Source: Candidatus Bathyarchaeota archaeon (GTDB lineage Archaea; Thermoproteota; Bathyarchaeia; Bathyarchaeales; Bathycorpusculaceae). Taken from it: 64,000 nt of DNA. The first letter of the stretch is position 1, and each line of letters opens with the position of its first letter. Below are positions 32,419-42,614 of this stretch, piece by piece. The stretch is from positions 64,001-128,000 of the forward strand of contig CAWDYC010000003.1 of NCBI GenBank assembly GCA_963806535.1. Reading direction: 5' to 3'. The notes under the pieces are model-generated. The model made no database searches. It was not told where the DNA came from and saw only the letters and a list, made by a program, of their open reading frames with translations. The position numbers and the translations under genes are program-made.

Positions 32419-33294
32419 CTAGTTTTCGGTTGCTTCTAGCATTTTGTACATAGCTTCATATGATTTAGCGAAGTCGGGATCAACTTCTGTCAATTTTGCT
32501 TTTAATTCCGCCATCCGCTCTATTATTCCTTCAGCGTCTTTGTTTCTTATTAGGTTGAGCCATTCCTGGGCTTTTGCCATGAATTGATCTTCGATTTTTT
32601 TCAGCTTAGGCAGATTCATTTGTAAGCTTGCGTATAGGTCTGGTGTTTCCAATGCAGTTGCTTCAGCAAGTGTAAAGAGCATTCGATAGGTAGTGCCTGC
32701 GACCTCTTTTGTTTCCGAGAAATCTTTCTGTTCTAGAAGCGTTTCACAAGCAATCAACCCAAGAAAATGGGGCAATCCCAAAACAACAGACATTAGCTCG
32801 TCATGTTTCTTTGGAGTCATTACAAAAACATGGGCTTCCTCTTGCTGCAACCACTTTTTGAATTCTTGTGCAAACTTTTCTTCCGCAGGATTTGTTGGAG
32901 TCAGAATGTAGGCTTTGTGTTTGACACCGTTGCTTCCTGGTCCGAAAACAGGATGTGTTCCTAAAACTAAGGCACCCTTGATATTTTCATGCATCAGTTT
33001 TAGTGGCGTTTCCTTAATTGAGCAGATATCCATGACGACTTGGCCTTTGTGAAGTGCTGAAGCGATGGTTTTAACTACTTCTTCCATGGCGCTGATTGAT
33101 ACGCATATTAAGACTTGGTCAGCGTCAATAACGGCTTCTTTAAAGTCTGTAGTTGTCTTAACAGAAAGTTCTTTTTCTAAATTTGCAATTTTTTCTTTTT
33201 TTCTATCGGCTACTGTCACGTCGTAGCCTTTTGATTGGAAAAATTTAGCAAACCATATACCCATTTTTCCTGCGCCAATTACGGCGATTTTCAT
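32419..33294 (-). CDS. tyrA: prephenate/arogenate dehydrogenase
   Basis: IGAGKMG, DICSIK, GTHPVFGP and HDELMS. Confidence 0.93.
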   Translation of the reverse strand: MKIAVIGAGKMGIWFAKFFQSKGYDVTVADRKKEKIANLEKELSVKTTTDFKEAVIDADQVLICVSISAMEEVVKTIASALHKGQVVMDICSIKETPLKLMHENIKGALVLGTHPVFGPGSNGVKHKAYILTPTNPAEEKFAQEFKKWLQQEEAHVFVMTPKKHDELMSVVLGLPHFLGLIACETLLEQKDFSETKEVAGTTYRMLFTLAEATALETPDLYASLQMNLPKLKKIEDQFMAKAQEWLNLIRNKDAEGIIERMAELKAKLTEVDPDFAKSYEAMYKMLEATEN

Positions 33295-34370
33295 TTCAAA
33301 GCCTCGCCTATTATTTCGAGACCAGTTTTGATTTCGTCTCTGGGCGCAGTTAATGATATACGGAAATGCTCTCTATAGTCGCCAAACGAAGTACCTGGAG
33401 CAATTGCGACACCTTTGTCTAGCAATTCTAAGGTGAACTTTTCAGAGTCTAGACCAGATTGTTTAGGAAAAACATAAAATGGCGCCTCAGGCTTTGTGAA
33501 TGAGAAGCCTGATTTAGCCAAAGTTTTACTTGCCAACTTAGCCCGTTGTTCATATTCTTCTTTTATTTTTGTTGCAAGTTGTTTTTGAAGTTCCAACGCT
33601 TTCATAGCAGCTTCCTGAATGAAAACCGGTACGTTGTTGATGGTTATTTGGTTAAGTTTAGTGATGTTGTCGACTAGTTTTTTGTTCGCGATTATGTAGC
33701 CGATTCTCCATCCAGTCATGCTAAATGTTTTGGAGAAGCCAGTGGTTAGAATATGTTTTTGTTCGCCGTCATATTCTAAGATGCTTTTGGTTTTAACGAA
33801 GCTGATAGTTCCATAAACCTCATCTGAAAGGATTGTGACGCCTTTTTTGTTCGCTATTTCCACTATTCCGTCAAGGGTTTCAGGATCTATAACTTTGCTT
33901 GTTGGATTATTTGGGTTGTTAAGTATTATCATTCTAGTATTCTTGTCAATAGTCTCTTCCAGTTTGTCAAGATCAACTTTCCAGCCGTCTTCCATTTCTG
34001 TCCTAAGCAGTTTAGTCTCTGCTCCTAGGCTTTTAGCGATTAAATCGTAAGCTGTCCAGTAAGGAGTAGGGATGATTACGTTTCCTCCGCCCTTCATTAG
34101 GAGATACATAGTGGCGAAAACACCCCATTTTGAGCCAGGGGTAATAACAACGTTTTCAGCTTTAACACCGTGAAGTTCAGCAAGCTCTTGTCGAAGTTTA
34201 CTCTCCCCATAAGAAGAGGAATACTTTGTTTTGCCCGCCTTCATTGAAGCATAGGCTGCCTCAATTATTTCGTTAGGCGTAGCTAAGTCTGGGTCACCTA
34301 GGTTTAAACGTATAATCTTCTTTCCTTGGTTTTCGAGCCTTATGGCTTTCTCATTTATCTCGTAAAGCAC
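33291..34370 (-). CDS. class I PLP-dependent aminotransferase (aromatic/aspartate)
   Basis: NNPNNPT, SDEVY and GFSKTFSMTGWRIG. Confidence 0.9.
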   Translation of the reverse strand: MLYEINEKAIRLENQGKKIIRLNLGDPDLATPNEIIEAAYASMKAGKTKYSSSYGESKLRQELAELHGVKAENVVITPGSKWGVFATMYLLMKGGGNVIIPTPYWTAYDLIAKSLGAETKLLRTEMEDGWKVDLDKLEETIDKNTRMIILNNPNNPTSKVIDPETLDGIVEIANKKGVTILSDEVYGTISFVKTKSILEYDGEQKHILTTGFSKTFSMTGWRIGYIIANKKLVDNITKLNQITINNVPVFIQEAAMKALELQKQLATKIKEEYEQRAKLASKTLAKSGFSFTKPEAPFYVFPKQSGLDSEKFTLELLDKGVAIAPGTSFGDYREHFRISLTAPRDEIKTGLEIIGEALK

Positions 34371-34398
34371 AGAGGATTACTTCCGCTGAAAGTTCTTT

Positions 34399-34659
34399 TT
34401 ACTCCTGAATAGCACTGCACATATTAACTATTTCGTGGTAAACTGCTTCAACTTGCAAGGGATCAAGGCGAAATTCGACCGCTTTTTCCTTCACTCGTTT
34501 AAAGACCTCATTTTCTCTGGTAACATCCCTTATGGGGAAGCTTTTCTTTTTCTTAATCAAACCAATCGCCGAGCATGTTTTTGCTCTTTCGCATAGGGCA
34601 GCTATGATTTGTTCGTCAATTTCGTCAACTCTTTTTCTTAATTGTTGAATTTCATCCAT
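34399..34659 (-). CDS. aroQ: chorismate mutase (AroQ)
   Basis: LRKRVDEIDEQI..ER..K..RDVTRE. Confidence 0.9.
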   Translation of the reverse strand: MDEIQQLRKRVDEIDEQIIAALCERAKTCSAIGLIKKKKSFPIRDVTRENEVFKRVKEKAVEFRLDPLQVEAVYHEIVNMCSAIQE

Positions 34660-35768
34660 TATTTCTGTCTCTCCAGAATTCTCGGTATGAAGCCTGCTCG
34701 AATCATATGGTCAGCCAAAGTTACCGCGACCGCAGCTTCCACAGCTGGCACAGCTTTTGGAACTACACATGGGTCATGCCTGCCTTTGACGCTCAGATTA
34801 GCATTTTTCATTGTTGATAGGTTAACGCTTTTCTGCTCTTTGCCAAGTGAAGGGGTCGGTTTAATTGCTATACGTATCAAAATAGGCATACCATTTGATA
34901 TCCCGCCTAAGATTCCACCCATGTTTTCCGTTGAAGTAGCAACTTTTCCGCTTTGCAAGATGTATGCATCGTTACTCTCAGAGCCCTTTAATTCGGCAAT
35001 CTCAAAACCTAACCCGAATTCAACTGCTTTTACCGCGGGAACGTTAAACAATGCTTTCGCCAAATCAGCGTCAAGCGAATCAAACAGTGGTTCACCAACA
35101 CCTACGGGAACATTTAGCGCCATGCATTCAACCACTCCGCCTACACTTTCGCCCTCTTTTCTAGCCTCCACTATGGCTTGCTCCATTTTTTCTGAGCAGG
35201 TTAAGTTGGGACACCGTGTAGATGTTGAGTATCTATTCTTACGGATTTCTTCTGCACTAAACTTTTTGTCAGATGTTACGTTACCAACCGCTGTGGTGTA
35301 AGCTAACACGTCAACTTCAAATCGACTAAGAAGTTTTTTGGCGATAGATCCAGCCATGATAAGTGCTACTGTTACTCTGCCCGAGAAACGTCCGCCTCCT
35401 CTATAATCCTGGAAGCCACCATATTTTATCCGGGCTGTGTAATCAGCGTGTCCCGGTCTTGGCAAATCCTTAATTGCCTCGTAATCGCTGGAGTCAACCT
35501 CCCGATTCTCAACCGTCACAGTAATTGGGGCGCCAGTTGTAAAACCGTTAAAAACTCCTGAAAGAACTTTGGCAGTATCTTTCTCGATTCTTGGTGAAAC
35601 AATTCTCGGCTCAGAGGGAATACGTCTATCTAAGTCCATTTGAATGTCAGCTTCAGAAAGAGGTAATCCCGCCGGGCAGCCATCGACAACTACACCAACG
35701 ATTTTGCCGTGGCTTTCGCCGAAAGTGGTTACTGTGAATTCTTTACCTATCGAATTTCCCGCCAACAA
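34659..35768 (-). CDS. aroC: chorismate synthase
   Basis: GESHG, PRPGHAD, GGGRFSGRVT and GRHDPC. Confidence 0.97.
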   Translation of the reverse strand: MLAGNSIGKEFTVTTFGESHGKIVGVVVDGCPAGLPLSEADIQMDLDRRIPSEPRIVSPRIEKDTAKVLSGVFNGFTTGAPITVTVENREVDSSDYEAIKDLPRPGHADYTARIKYGGFQDYRGGGRFSGRVTVALIMAGSIAKKLLSRFEVDVLAYTTAVGNVTSDKKFSAEEIRKNRYSTSTRCPNLTCSEKMEQAIVEARKEGESVGGVVECMALNVPVGVGEPLFDSLDADLAKALFNVPAVKAVEFGLGFEIAELKGSESNDAYILQSGKVATSTENMGGILGGISNGMPILIRIAIKPTPSLGKEQKSVNLSTMKNANLSVKGRHDPCVVPKAVPAVEAAVAVTLADHMIRAGFIPRILERQK

Positions 35769-37047
35769 TTTCAGCTCCTATTTGTTTTAGATGAGTGAAG
35801 AACAGCGGATAAGACTTTCTAACGCATTGTGCGTTTTGAATTGTTGTTTGGTTTTTTGCACCTAAAGCTGCAACTGCACAAGCCATTGCTATACGGTGGT
35901 CATTGTGCGGATTAATCACCGCACCATGTAGATTACATGGACCTTCAATGGTTAAAGTGTCAGAGTCTACATTTATTTTTGCACCCATCTTTTTGAATTC
36001 AAGATAAAGTGTTTTTAGTCTGTCCGACTCTTTGAGTTTGAGCCGTCGGGCGCCCGTGATTTTGGAAGTTCCTTTTGCATAGCATGCAAGCGCTGTACAG
36101 ACTGGAACGAGGTCAGGAATATTTTTTGCATCAACATTGACGGGCTCAAGCGAATTGCCTGTTCCAGTTATTTCAACGCTGTTCTCGCATACTTTTCCAT
36201 TAATACCCATTTGCTTAAGGATACCCAGAATCGCTTTATCGCCTTGGGGGCTGCAGTATTCAAGATTTTTAATTTGAACGGTTGAATTGGTTATGGCTGT
36301 GGCAGCCAGGAGAAAGGCTGCAGAAGAAAAATCACCGGGCACATTAAAGTCATAGGGCTTATATGTTTGGTTAGCTGGAATGTGTATAAGTTTATAGTTG
36401 TCGTAAACTTCTATTCTGATTTCATGTTTGGCAAGCACGTCCCACGTCATTTTGACGTAGTCTGCAGATTCAAGGGGCGATTTTAATGTGATTTCTGTGT
36501 CTACTTTCGCTATTGGACAAGCAAACATTAATCCTGAAATAAACTGTGAACTAACATCTCCGGGAATAGAGGTTTCGCCTCCAAGGATACCGCCGCCCTC
36601 AACAAATACAGCATTTTTATTGCCGAGTTTTTTAATGCGAACGCTAACACCGAGATCATTGAGACTTCTAATTAAAGGTTCAATGGGTCTGCGTTCAAGT
36701 GAACTGCCAAAAACCAAAGTTGAAGGGTCAGGCGCTAGGGCAGCTACTGGTATCATGAAACGCAAGGTAGCACCTGATTCACCGCAGTCGATAGGTTCTT
36801 TGGCATTCGTGACTGGGTTTGCACCTGTAACCGTCCAGCATTCTTCAGCTATTACTACATTTGCGCCTAAAGCTGTAATGGCCCTCAGGGTTGCTTGGGT
36901 GTCATCGGATAGAAGAGGGTTTGAGATCTTAGAAATTCCATTGGATAGAGCAGCAGCTATGAGCATTCTCTGGGTATAAGATTTTGATGGAGGGGCACAA
37001 ACTTCGCCGCTTAACTTTTCAGTTTTCTTGATGATTACATCAGTCAT
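35743..37047 (-). CDS. aroA: 3-phosphoshikimate 1-carboxyvinyltransferase (EPSP synthase)
   Basis: PPSKS, GESGATLRF, SSQF, KESDR and DHRIAMA. Confidence 0.97.
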   Translation of the reverse strand: MTDVIIKKTEKLSGEVCAPPSKSYTQRMLIAAALSNGISKISNPLLSDDTQATLRAITALGANVVIAEECWTVTGANPVTNAKEPIDCGESGATLRFMIPVAALAPDPSTLVFGSSLERRPIEPLIRSLNDLGVSVRIKKLGNKNAVFVEGGGILGGETSIPGDVSSQFISGLMFACPIAKVDTEITLKSPLESADYVKMTWDVLAKHEIRIEVYDNYKLIHIPANQTYKPYDFNVPGDFSSAAFLLAATAITNSTVQIKNLEYCSPQGDKAILGILKQMGINGKVCENSVEITGTGNSLEPVNVDAKNIPDLVPVCTALACYAKGTSKITGARRLKLKESDRLKTLYLEFKKMGAKINVDSDTLTIEGPCNLHGAVINPHNDHRIAMACAVAALGAKNQTTIQNAQCVRKSYPLFFTHLKQIGAEIVGGKFDR

Positions 37048-37049
37048 TA

Positions 37050-37922
37050 TCAGAGCACCTTGGCTTTCTCACTGTTCAAATGGGTTTTCAAGATTTCGCC
37101 GCCGTATTTTCGCAACGCCGCTATAACTAAATCAACCTTGTCATTAGGAGTTACCGCTGTTACTGCTGGTCCTTTGCCGCATAATCCAGCTGCTATTGCT
37201 CCAGCAGCCAAAGCATCTACAGCTATAGTAGGATTATATCCCGAAGCTGAGGAATAAATCAAACCGTTAAGCGTCAATGCCCCCCAAACATTGCCCTTCA
37301 AAGCCTCATTGTAAGCGACTTCAACGAGCGGTTTAATTGTTTGCAGCCGCTTGACATTGGAATCTGCTGTGTAAGATTTTTCGGACGGTACGTGGAACAA
37401 AACTATTAAATCTTCATCAAATGGTAACTTCTTAACTATTTTTCGATTCAAATTGTCAGTAATTATTGTTCCACCGAAATATGAAGCACAAGCGTCATCA
37501 AAAGCTCCTGTCACAGTCACTTTTGAGTCAAAAGCAGCATCAATGCCCAAATTTACGACATCAAAATCAGGAAGCGTTTTGCCTAATGCCGCAATCGATG
37601 CGAGAGCTACTGCGTTTGCCGCTACACTACTGCTTTTGAGCCCTTTGGCAATTGGAATGTTCGACCAAGTTTTTATTTTTGCGCCAAAACTTTTTTCTAA
37701 ACTGAACTTTTGAAGGACTCTGCACACCGTTTTTTCTATCAGAACAGTGCTTTCTTTTGGGTCCGAAGTTATTTCCGCTTTGAAAACATATGGTTCATAC
37801 GTTAATTCGACTTCAGCCTTAGTCCATAAATCAACACCAAAAGCTGCACCTTTACCAAGCGCAATTGCATTGACAATTGTTGCAGCGCCATGAGCTATTG
37901 CAGTAACTTTACCAGTCAACAT
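37050..37922 (-). CDS. aroK: archaeal (GHMP) shikimate kinase
   Basis: ATIVNAI, GLKSSS and TGAFDDACAS. Confidence 0.95.
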   Translation of the reverse strand: MLTGKVTAIAHGAATIVNAIALGKGAAFGVDLWTKAEVELTYEPYVFKAEITSDPKESTVLIEKTVCRVLQKFSLEKSFGAKIKTWSNIPIAKGLKSSSVAANAVALASIAALGKTLPDFDVVNLGIDAAFDSKVTVTGAFDDACASYFGGTIITDNLNRKIVKKLPFDEDLIVLFHVPSEKSYTADSNVKRLQTIKPLVEVAYNEALKGNVWGALTLNGLIYSSASGYNPTIAVDALAAGAIAAGLCGKGPAVTAVTPNDKVDLVIAALRKYGGEILKTHLNSEKAKVL

Positions 37923-38780
37923 TTACACCTTTAACAAGTGATTAAGCGCCGCCTTCCTCATAACTTCAACTGGCGCCTTGCAAGCAGTCCAGATTTCGAA
38001 TGATGCAGCCCCTTGATAAATTAGCATTTCAACCCCACTCACCACTTTAGCGCCTGCCGCTTTAGCATCCTTGACCAACTTGGTTTCAATTGGATTGTAA
38101 ACTATGTCCATTACAGCCAAATCAGGTTTCAACCATTCTAGTGATATGGGGGTTTGGTCCGCGTTCGGTTCCATTCCTATCGAAGTAGCATTAATGAGTA
38201 CATCTGCTCCGGCAAGATTGACTTTGATCGTTTTTGGGGTAAGTGCACCCGCGCTGATTTTTTTGTTAAATTTTAGTTTTAGGAGATTTGTAAGCTCTGT
38301 CACTGGTTTAAGTGTTCGATTCAAAATTACCAGTTCATCGGCTTCTTGCGATAAAGTGTATGCTATGGCTTTTGCAGCGCCACCTGCACCGAGCAACAAT
38401 ATTTTTTTGCCCTTCACCGCAACGCCATTCTGCTCAAGCGCATTTAATGCCCCGACACCATCAGTGTTAAAACCGAAAAGTCTCCCATCTGTGTTTAAAA
38501 TGGTATTAGCAGAAGCTATGGTTTTAGCAGTTGGGTCCAATTCATCCAAGTATTTGATGACCTCGTTTTTATGTGGCATCGTTACGTTTAACCCTCGAAT
38601 GCCTAAAGCTCGCATAGCGCTTATCGCATTTTTAACCTCAGTGGCTTTTACTTTGAACGCTAAGAAAACGTAATCAATTTGTAATGCACGAAACGCTGCA
38701 TTATGAATAATTGGGCTAAGAGTGTGTTCTATAGGGTCACCGATTACACCACACACTTTTGTTTTGCCCGAAATAACCAT
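37923..38780 (-). CDS. aroE: shikimate dehydrogenase
   Basis: HTLSP, NVTMPHK, NTDG, GAGGAA and MLIYQG. Confidence 0.96.
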   Translation of the reverse strand: MVISGKTKVCGVIGDPIEHTLSPIIHNAAFRALQIDYVFLAFKVKATEVKNAISAMRALGIRGLNVTMPHKNEVIKYLDELDPTAKTIASANTILNTDGRLFGFNTDGVGALNALEQNGVAVKGKKILLLGAGGAAKAIAYTLSQEADELVILNRTLKPVTELTNLLKLKFNKKISAGALTPKTIKVNLAGADVLINATSIGMEPNADQTPISLEWLKPDLAVMDIVYNPIETKLVKDAKAAGAKVVSGVEMLIYQGAASFEIWTACKAPVEVMRKAALNHLLKV

Positions 38781-38782
38781 TT

Positions 38783-39466
38783 TTATTTTGCTCCTAAGAG
38801 GTCGTATGCAACTCTCATATCTCGGATGCTTATTTGTCCCGACGCGGTTTCGTTGCTTTGATCTAGTGAAGCAAAAGTAAAGAAGGCGCCAAACATAGGC
38901 GAGAGAAGTCTAGAAACCTTACCGTCTTTGCCCATGCAGAAACAGACAATTTTCACCCTGCGGGGTATTGCGGAAATGAAGTTTAGCACCGTCAAGTTGT
39001 CTTCAATTTTTTCAGCTGTTGTTGCTATCTTGCAGATAGCAGCTCCGCTGGAAATTTCCTGTTTTAGAATGTTGCCCATTTCAGAACTGCTTAATGTGCC
39101 ATCAAACTTGTGGAAGGAAACGATTGGTTTAGCGCCCAGTTGCTTGAGTTTGTTAATTGTTTCTTTATATTTTGGACTTGACATATCGACGTCAATATAT
39201 TCGAAGCCGTTTTTGACTGCGTTTAGCAGCGTTTGTTGACGCTCGGTTTCTGTTCCGGAGAAACTGCCTTTTTCGCTTTGTAGCTTGTTTGTGGCAATGA
39301 GTGGGATTCTTGTGGTTTTTGAGATTTCGGATAGGTTTCTGGAGGTTTCAAGGCAGTCTAGCCTTACCTCAATGAAGTCAGCTTTGGCTTTCTCCGCCCG
39401 CTCAATTAGATTTACAGCTTCGTCATTACTTTTTGGGAGAATCGAGACACAGATTCTCGGGATCAC
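38783..39466 (-). CDS. aroD: type I 3-dehydroquinate dehydratase
   Basis: EVRLD, SFH, KIA, CMG..GKVSR and ASGQI. Confidence 0.92.
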   Translation of the reverse strand: MIPRICVSILPKSNDEAVNLIERAEKAKADFIEVRLDCLETSRNLSEISKTTRIPLIATNKLQSEKGSFSGTETERQQTLLNAVKNGFEYIDVDMSSPKYKETINKLKQLGAKPIVSFHKFDGTLSSSEMGNILKQEISSGAAICKIATTAEKIEDNLTVLNFISAIPRRVKIVCFCMGKDGKVSRLLSPMFGAFFTFASLDQSNETASGQISIRDMRVAYDLLGAK

Positions 39467-40506
39467 TTTTCTATCACCGTTTCTTCAGGCACTGATACGC
39501 CGAAGTGTCGGCCTCCTTTTGCAGATAAGTGCACGAGAACTTCATCGTTTGGTTTTAGCTCTGTAACAGGTTTTGAAGCTTGCGGAGTAACTAATCTTAT
39601 GGTTTCGGCGTTTTGAAGTATGGTTTTTATTTTTGTACCTTCGGCTTCGGCTTCAATGAGGATTAGGGGGCGGAACTCTATTTTGGATCTGCCAACATTT
39701 GTTATTCTGACTTTTCCTTCTCTGTTGATAATTAAAACTTCGTCACCCGCTTTTAATTCTGAAAGGTAACGGGTGCTTTGCAGCGATGTTAATGTGTAGT
39801 GTGAGGCAGGTCCAGCGTTTACTCGGAAAGGTCTGGATTGCACATAAGGGTTTTCGTTTACTTCAGCTTCGACAAGGAAGAAGCCAGCAGATTGACAGCC
39901 GACAAGCATTCCTTCTCCAGGAACCATCAAATCAACAGTATCAACGCAGACTCTAGCACCTGTTCCGATCGGTTTTATGGATAAAATTTTGCCCGTAATC
40001 AGAGGCACCTTCGGCATCTGCCCCTTAACAACTTTAACGGTTTTGGCAAGCTCATCTGGATTTGAAGTTTTAAGCAAAACGCCGTCTGTTCCCAATTCCA
40101 AGGCTTCAAGAACTACCTTAGCATCCTCAGCCGTTGTTACTTCGGCAACCAGTTTGCTCTTGCCGCCGTGAGCTTTAGCAATTAAGTTTTCGAGCGGAAT
40201 TACTCGCCAATCGAGACAGTTAATAATTATATAGTCAATCCCAAGCTCGGCAGCCTTAGCTGCATTATTCTCGTCTTCTTTGCCGTTTATGTTGATTCTT
40301 ATGGCGGTTTTTTTGCCCTCATTTTTTAGTTGGACAATTTTTTTCTCATTTATGCCGTGAAGAAATGTTACGTTTAATTTGCCAGAGCGGTTACTTGCTT
40401 GTTCACCTTCAAGAACTACGTCAGCATTTTCATGGGCAAGACTAAGCAAACTTTCATGTTCTTGCGGTGAAGCCGCTTCGTCTATTTGTACCCAGAGTTC
40501 CTTCAA
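39463..40506 (-). CDS. aroB': 3-dehydroquinate synthase II (archaeal AroB')
   Basis: WRVIPLENLIA, RVCVDT, RPFRVNAG, QNAET and GRHFG. Confidence 0.95.
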   Translation of the reverse strand: MKELWVQIDEAASPQEHESLLSLAHENADVVLEGEQASNRSGKLNVTFLHGINEKKIVQLKNEGKKTAIRININGKEDENNAAKAAELGIDYIIINCLDWRVIPLENLIAKAHGGKSKLVAEVTTAEDAKVVLEALELGTDGVLLKTSNPDELAKTVKVVKGQMPKVPLITGKILSIKPIGTGARVCVDTVDLMVPGEGMLVGCQSAGFFLVEAEVNENPYVQSRPFRVNAGPASHYTLTSLQSTRYLSELKAGDEVLIINREGKVRITNVGRSKIEFRPLILIEAEAEGTKIKTILQNAETIRLVTPQASKPVTELKPNDEVLVHLSAKGGRHFGVSVPEETVIEK

Positions 40507-41294
40507 GCTTTTTCACCGAGAATTTTAAGCGCTTGTTCCACGCTAACTCCATCATGAACGATCGCTGACAGCGCTTTAACTATCAATGTTGGATTGTCAT
40601 GTTGAAACACATTTCTTCCAATTGAGAGCCCCGAAGCACCTGCATCAATTGCGTCATGTGTGGTCTGGAGAACTTCTTGAGATGTTTTACATTTTGGCCC
40701 TCCAGCAATAACTACTGGAACAGGACAGCTTTCAATAACTGTTTTAAACGTATTAACGTTACCAGTGAAGTTTGCCTTAATAATGTCTGCACCTAGTTCT
40801 GCGCCGATTCGGGCCGCGTGGGCAACCACATCAGCGGCATGTTCATTTTGAATTTTGGGTCCACGCGGATACATCATCGCGAGCAGCGGCACACCAAATA
40901 AGTCACATTCTTCAGCTACTTTGCCAAGAGTGCTCAACATTTTGTCCTCATCCTGCGCTCCAACGTTAACGTGTACAGAAACTGCATCTGCACCTAGACG
41001 TATGGCTTCTTGAACACTGCATACTTGGACTTTGCCATTTATGTTTGGGCTAAGATTTGACATACCTGACAACATTACTATTAATCCGGCGTTTCCCACG
41101 TTAACATGTTTAGCGATACCTTTGTGAATTAGCACAGCGTCAGCCCCGCCTTTGAGTAGATGGTTGATTATTTGCTGCATGTTAGCTAATCCTTGAATTG
41201 GACCAACTGTTACACCATGATCCATAGGTATGATTACCGTGCGGTTGTCCGATTGCAAAATTCTCTTTAATCGTCTCGTTTTTCCCTGATTCAT
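40503..41294 (-). CDS. aroA': 2-amino-3,7-dideoxy-D-threo-hept-6-ulosonate synthase (AroA', class IA aldolase family)
   Basis: PMDHG, LAMMYPRG, ELGADIIK, AGG and GRNVFQ; adjacent to DHQS II. Confidence 0.92.
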   Translation of the reverse strand: MNQGKTRRLKRILQSDNRTVIIPMDHGVTVGPIQGLANMQQIINHLLKGGADAVLIHKGIAKHVNVGNAGLIVMLSGMSNLSPNINGKVQVCSVQEAIRLGADAVSVHVNVGAQDEDKMLSTLGKVAEECDLFGVPLLAMMYPRGPKIQNEHAADVVAHAARIGAELGADIIKANFTGNVNTFKTVIESCPVPVVIAGGPKCKTSQEVLQTTHDAIDAGASGLSIGRNVFQHDNPTLIVKALSAIVHDGVSVEQALKILGEKA

Positions 41295-41309
41295 TTAATT
41301 CACCTTTGC

Positions 41310-42557
41310 TTATTTGGCGCTCCTTAATGAGTTTTTTATTAACTTCAAAGCCTTTTCCCGTTCATTCCAATCTACAAACAGCAAAATGCTGGATGTGATG
41401 GTTAATATGCCTGAAATATTTATGCCGCTGATTCTTAGGTCTTCGCTGATTTTTCCAATAATGCCATGGGTTGCTTCCAAGCCGACACCACTTGTTTTTA
41501 TGAAGACCAAGTCTTTTTTGACTGCCATAGCAATTGTTTCGTTATTGCTCTTTGTTATGTCATGAATGTTGTTGAAGAACATATCTAAGTTTTTCTCTTG
41601 AGAAACATAAAGGATAATTGAATTTGTAGACATAGACATGCCAAGCAAGAGTGAATGTTGCTTAGTTTCTTCAACCATTTCCTGAACGATTTGCGGATTG
41701 GCTGAGATTCCGTTTCCTATTACTGTTATTTCAGCGACTGGAAAAGAATTAGCAATTTCTGCATCTAATTCTGTTGCTAATGCGCCTGTAATTATTGTAC
41801 CCTCTTCGGTAAGATTGCCGTGTGCATGGTTGATTACTCGGATGTTGATGTTTTTGGGTTTGTACTTCAAGGCTTTGCTATGGATAAATTTAGCGCCTGA
41901 ATCAGCGAGGCCCACTAAGGTGTTAACGTCAATTTCTTTGAGGCGTTCGGGGTTGGAGACGATTTTTGGGTCACCTGACATTATGCCGTCTGCATCCGTT
42001 ACTAACACGATTTCGTCAGCGCCCAATGCTTCAGCTAGAACAAACGCCGTTGTATCGCTTCCGCCTCTTCCAAGCGTGGTAATTTTGCCATCTTTAGTTT
42101 TACCAAGAAAGCCAGCAACCACAGGTATAACACTCCTCTGCATTACCGGCAATACACATTCACGAATGTTCTTTTCACAATCTTTCAAGATTGGATTCGC
42201 ATTTTGGAATGCTGAATCAGTTATTATTGGCCAGTTGCTATCGATTGGATCAAAATAGCAAGATTCTGCCCCATTAGTCTTTAAAGCTGTTGAGAATATC
42301 CGAATGCTGGTTCGTTCACCCATTGATAAGATATCATCTAAATCTTTTTTCTCCAATTTACCTTTTGAAGCGTTTTTAGCAGTGGTCATGAGAACATCGG
42401 TTGTTTTGCCCATCGCTGAAACAACAACGGCAACACGTGTGCCTTTTTTGGCTTCATTCATAACGGCATCTACCGCTTTTAAGAGTCTATCGTGATCGGC
42501 TAAGCTAGAACCACCAAATTTAACAATAATTGTTTTACAAATGCCAGTCCTTTTCAT
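41310..42557 (-). CDS. lysC: aspartate kinase (first gene of the aromatic operon)
   Basis: KFGGSS, VVSAMG, TLGRGGSD and DPKIV, with ACT domains. Confidence 0.92.
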   Translation of the reverse strand: MKRTGICKTIIVKFGGSSLADHDRLLKAVDAVMNEAKKGTRVAVVVSAMGKTTDVLMTTAKNASKGKLEKKDLDDILSMGERTSIRIFSTALKTNGAESCYFDPIDSNWPIITDSAFQNANPILKDCEKNIRECVLPVMQRSVIPVVAGFLGKTKDGKITTLGRGGSDTTAFVLAEALGADEIVLVTDADGIMSGDPKIVSNPERLKEIDVNTLVGLADSGAKFIHSKALKYKPKNINIRVINHAHGNLTEEGTIITGALATELDAEIANSFPVAEITVIGNGISANPQIVQEMVEETKQHSLLLGMSMSTNSIILYVSQEKNLDMFFNNIHDITKSNNETIAMAVKKDLVFIKTSGVGLEATHGIIGKISEDLRISGINISGILTITSSILLFVDWNEREKALKLIKNSLRSAK

Positions 42558-42576
42558 ATTGATACACCCATGCTTT

Positions 42577-42614
42577 GCCCAGAACTTTTCTTAAAGAACT
42601 TTTCAGTTCTGGGC
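42577..42614 (-). promoter_or_regulatory. alternative RNA hairpins directly after the leader stop codon (putative attenuator switch)
   Basis: Perfect 10-bp inverted repeat GCCCAGAACT (42577-86) / AGTTCTGGGC (42605-14), with internal direct repeat AGAACTTTTC (42581-90 and 42595-604). Confidence 0.7.

Noticed and set aside
24190-42495. Long antisense ORFs in the track (e.g. 24190..24798, 28732..29340, 34642..35301, 38104..38673, 41698..42258)
   Set aside because: They are shadow frames opposite well-conserved enzymes and show no recognisable motifs.
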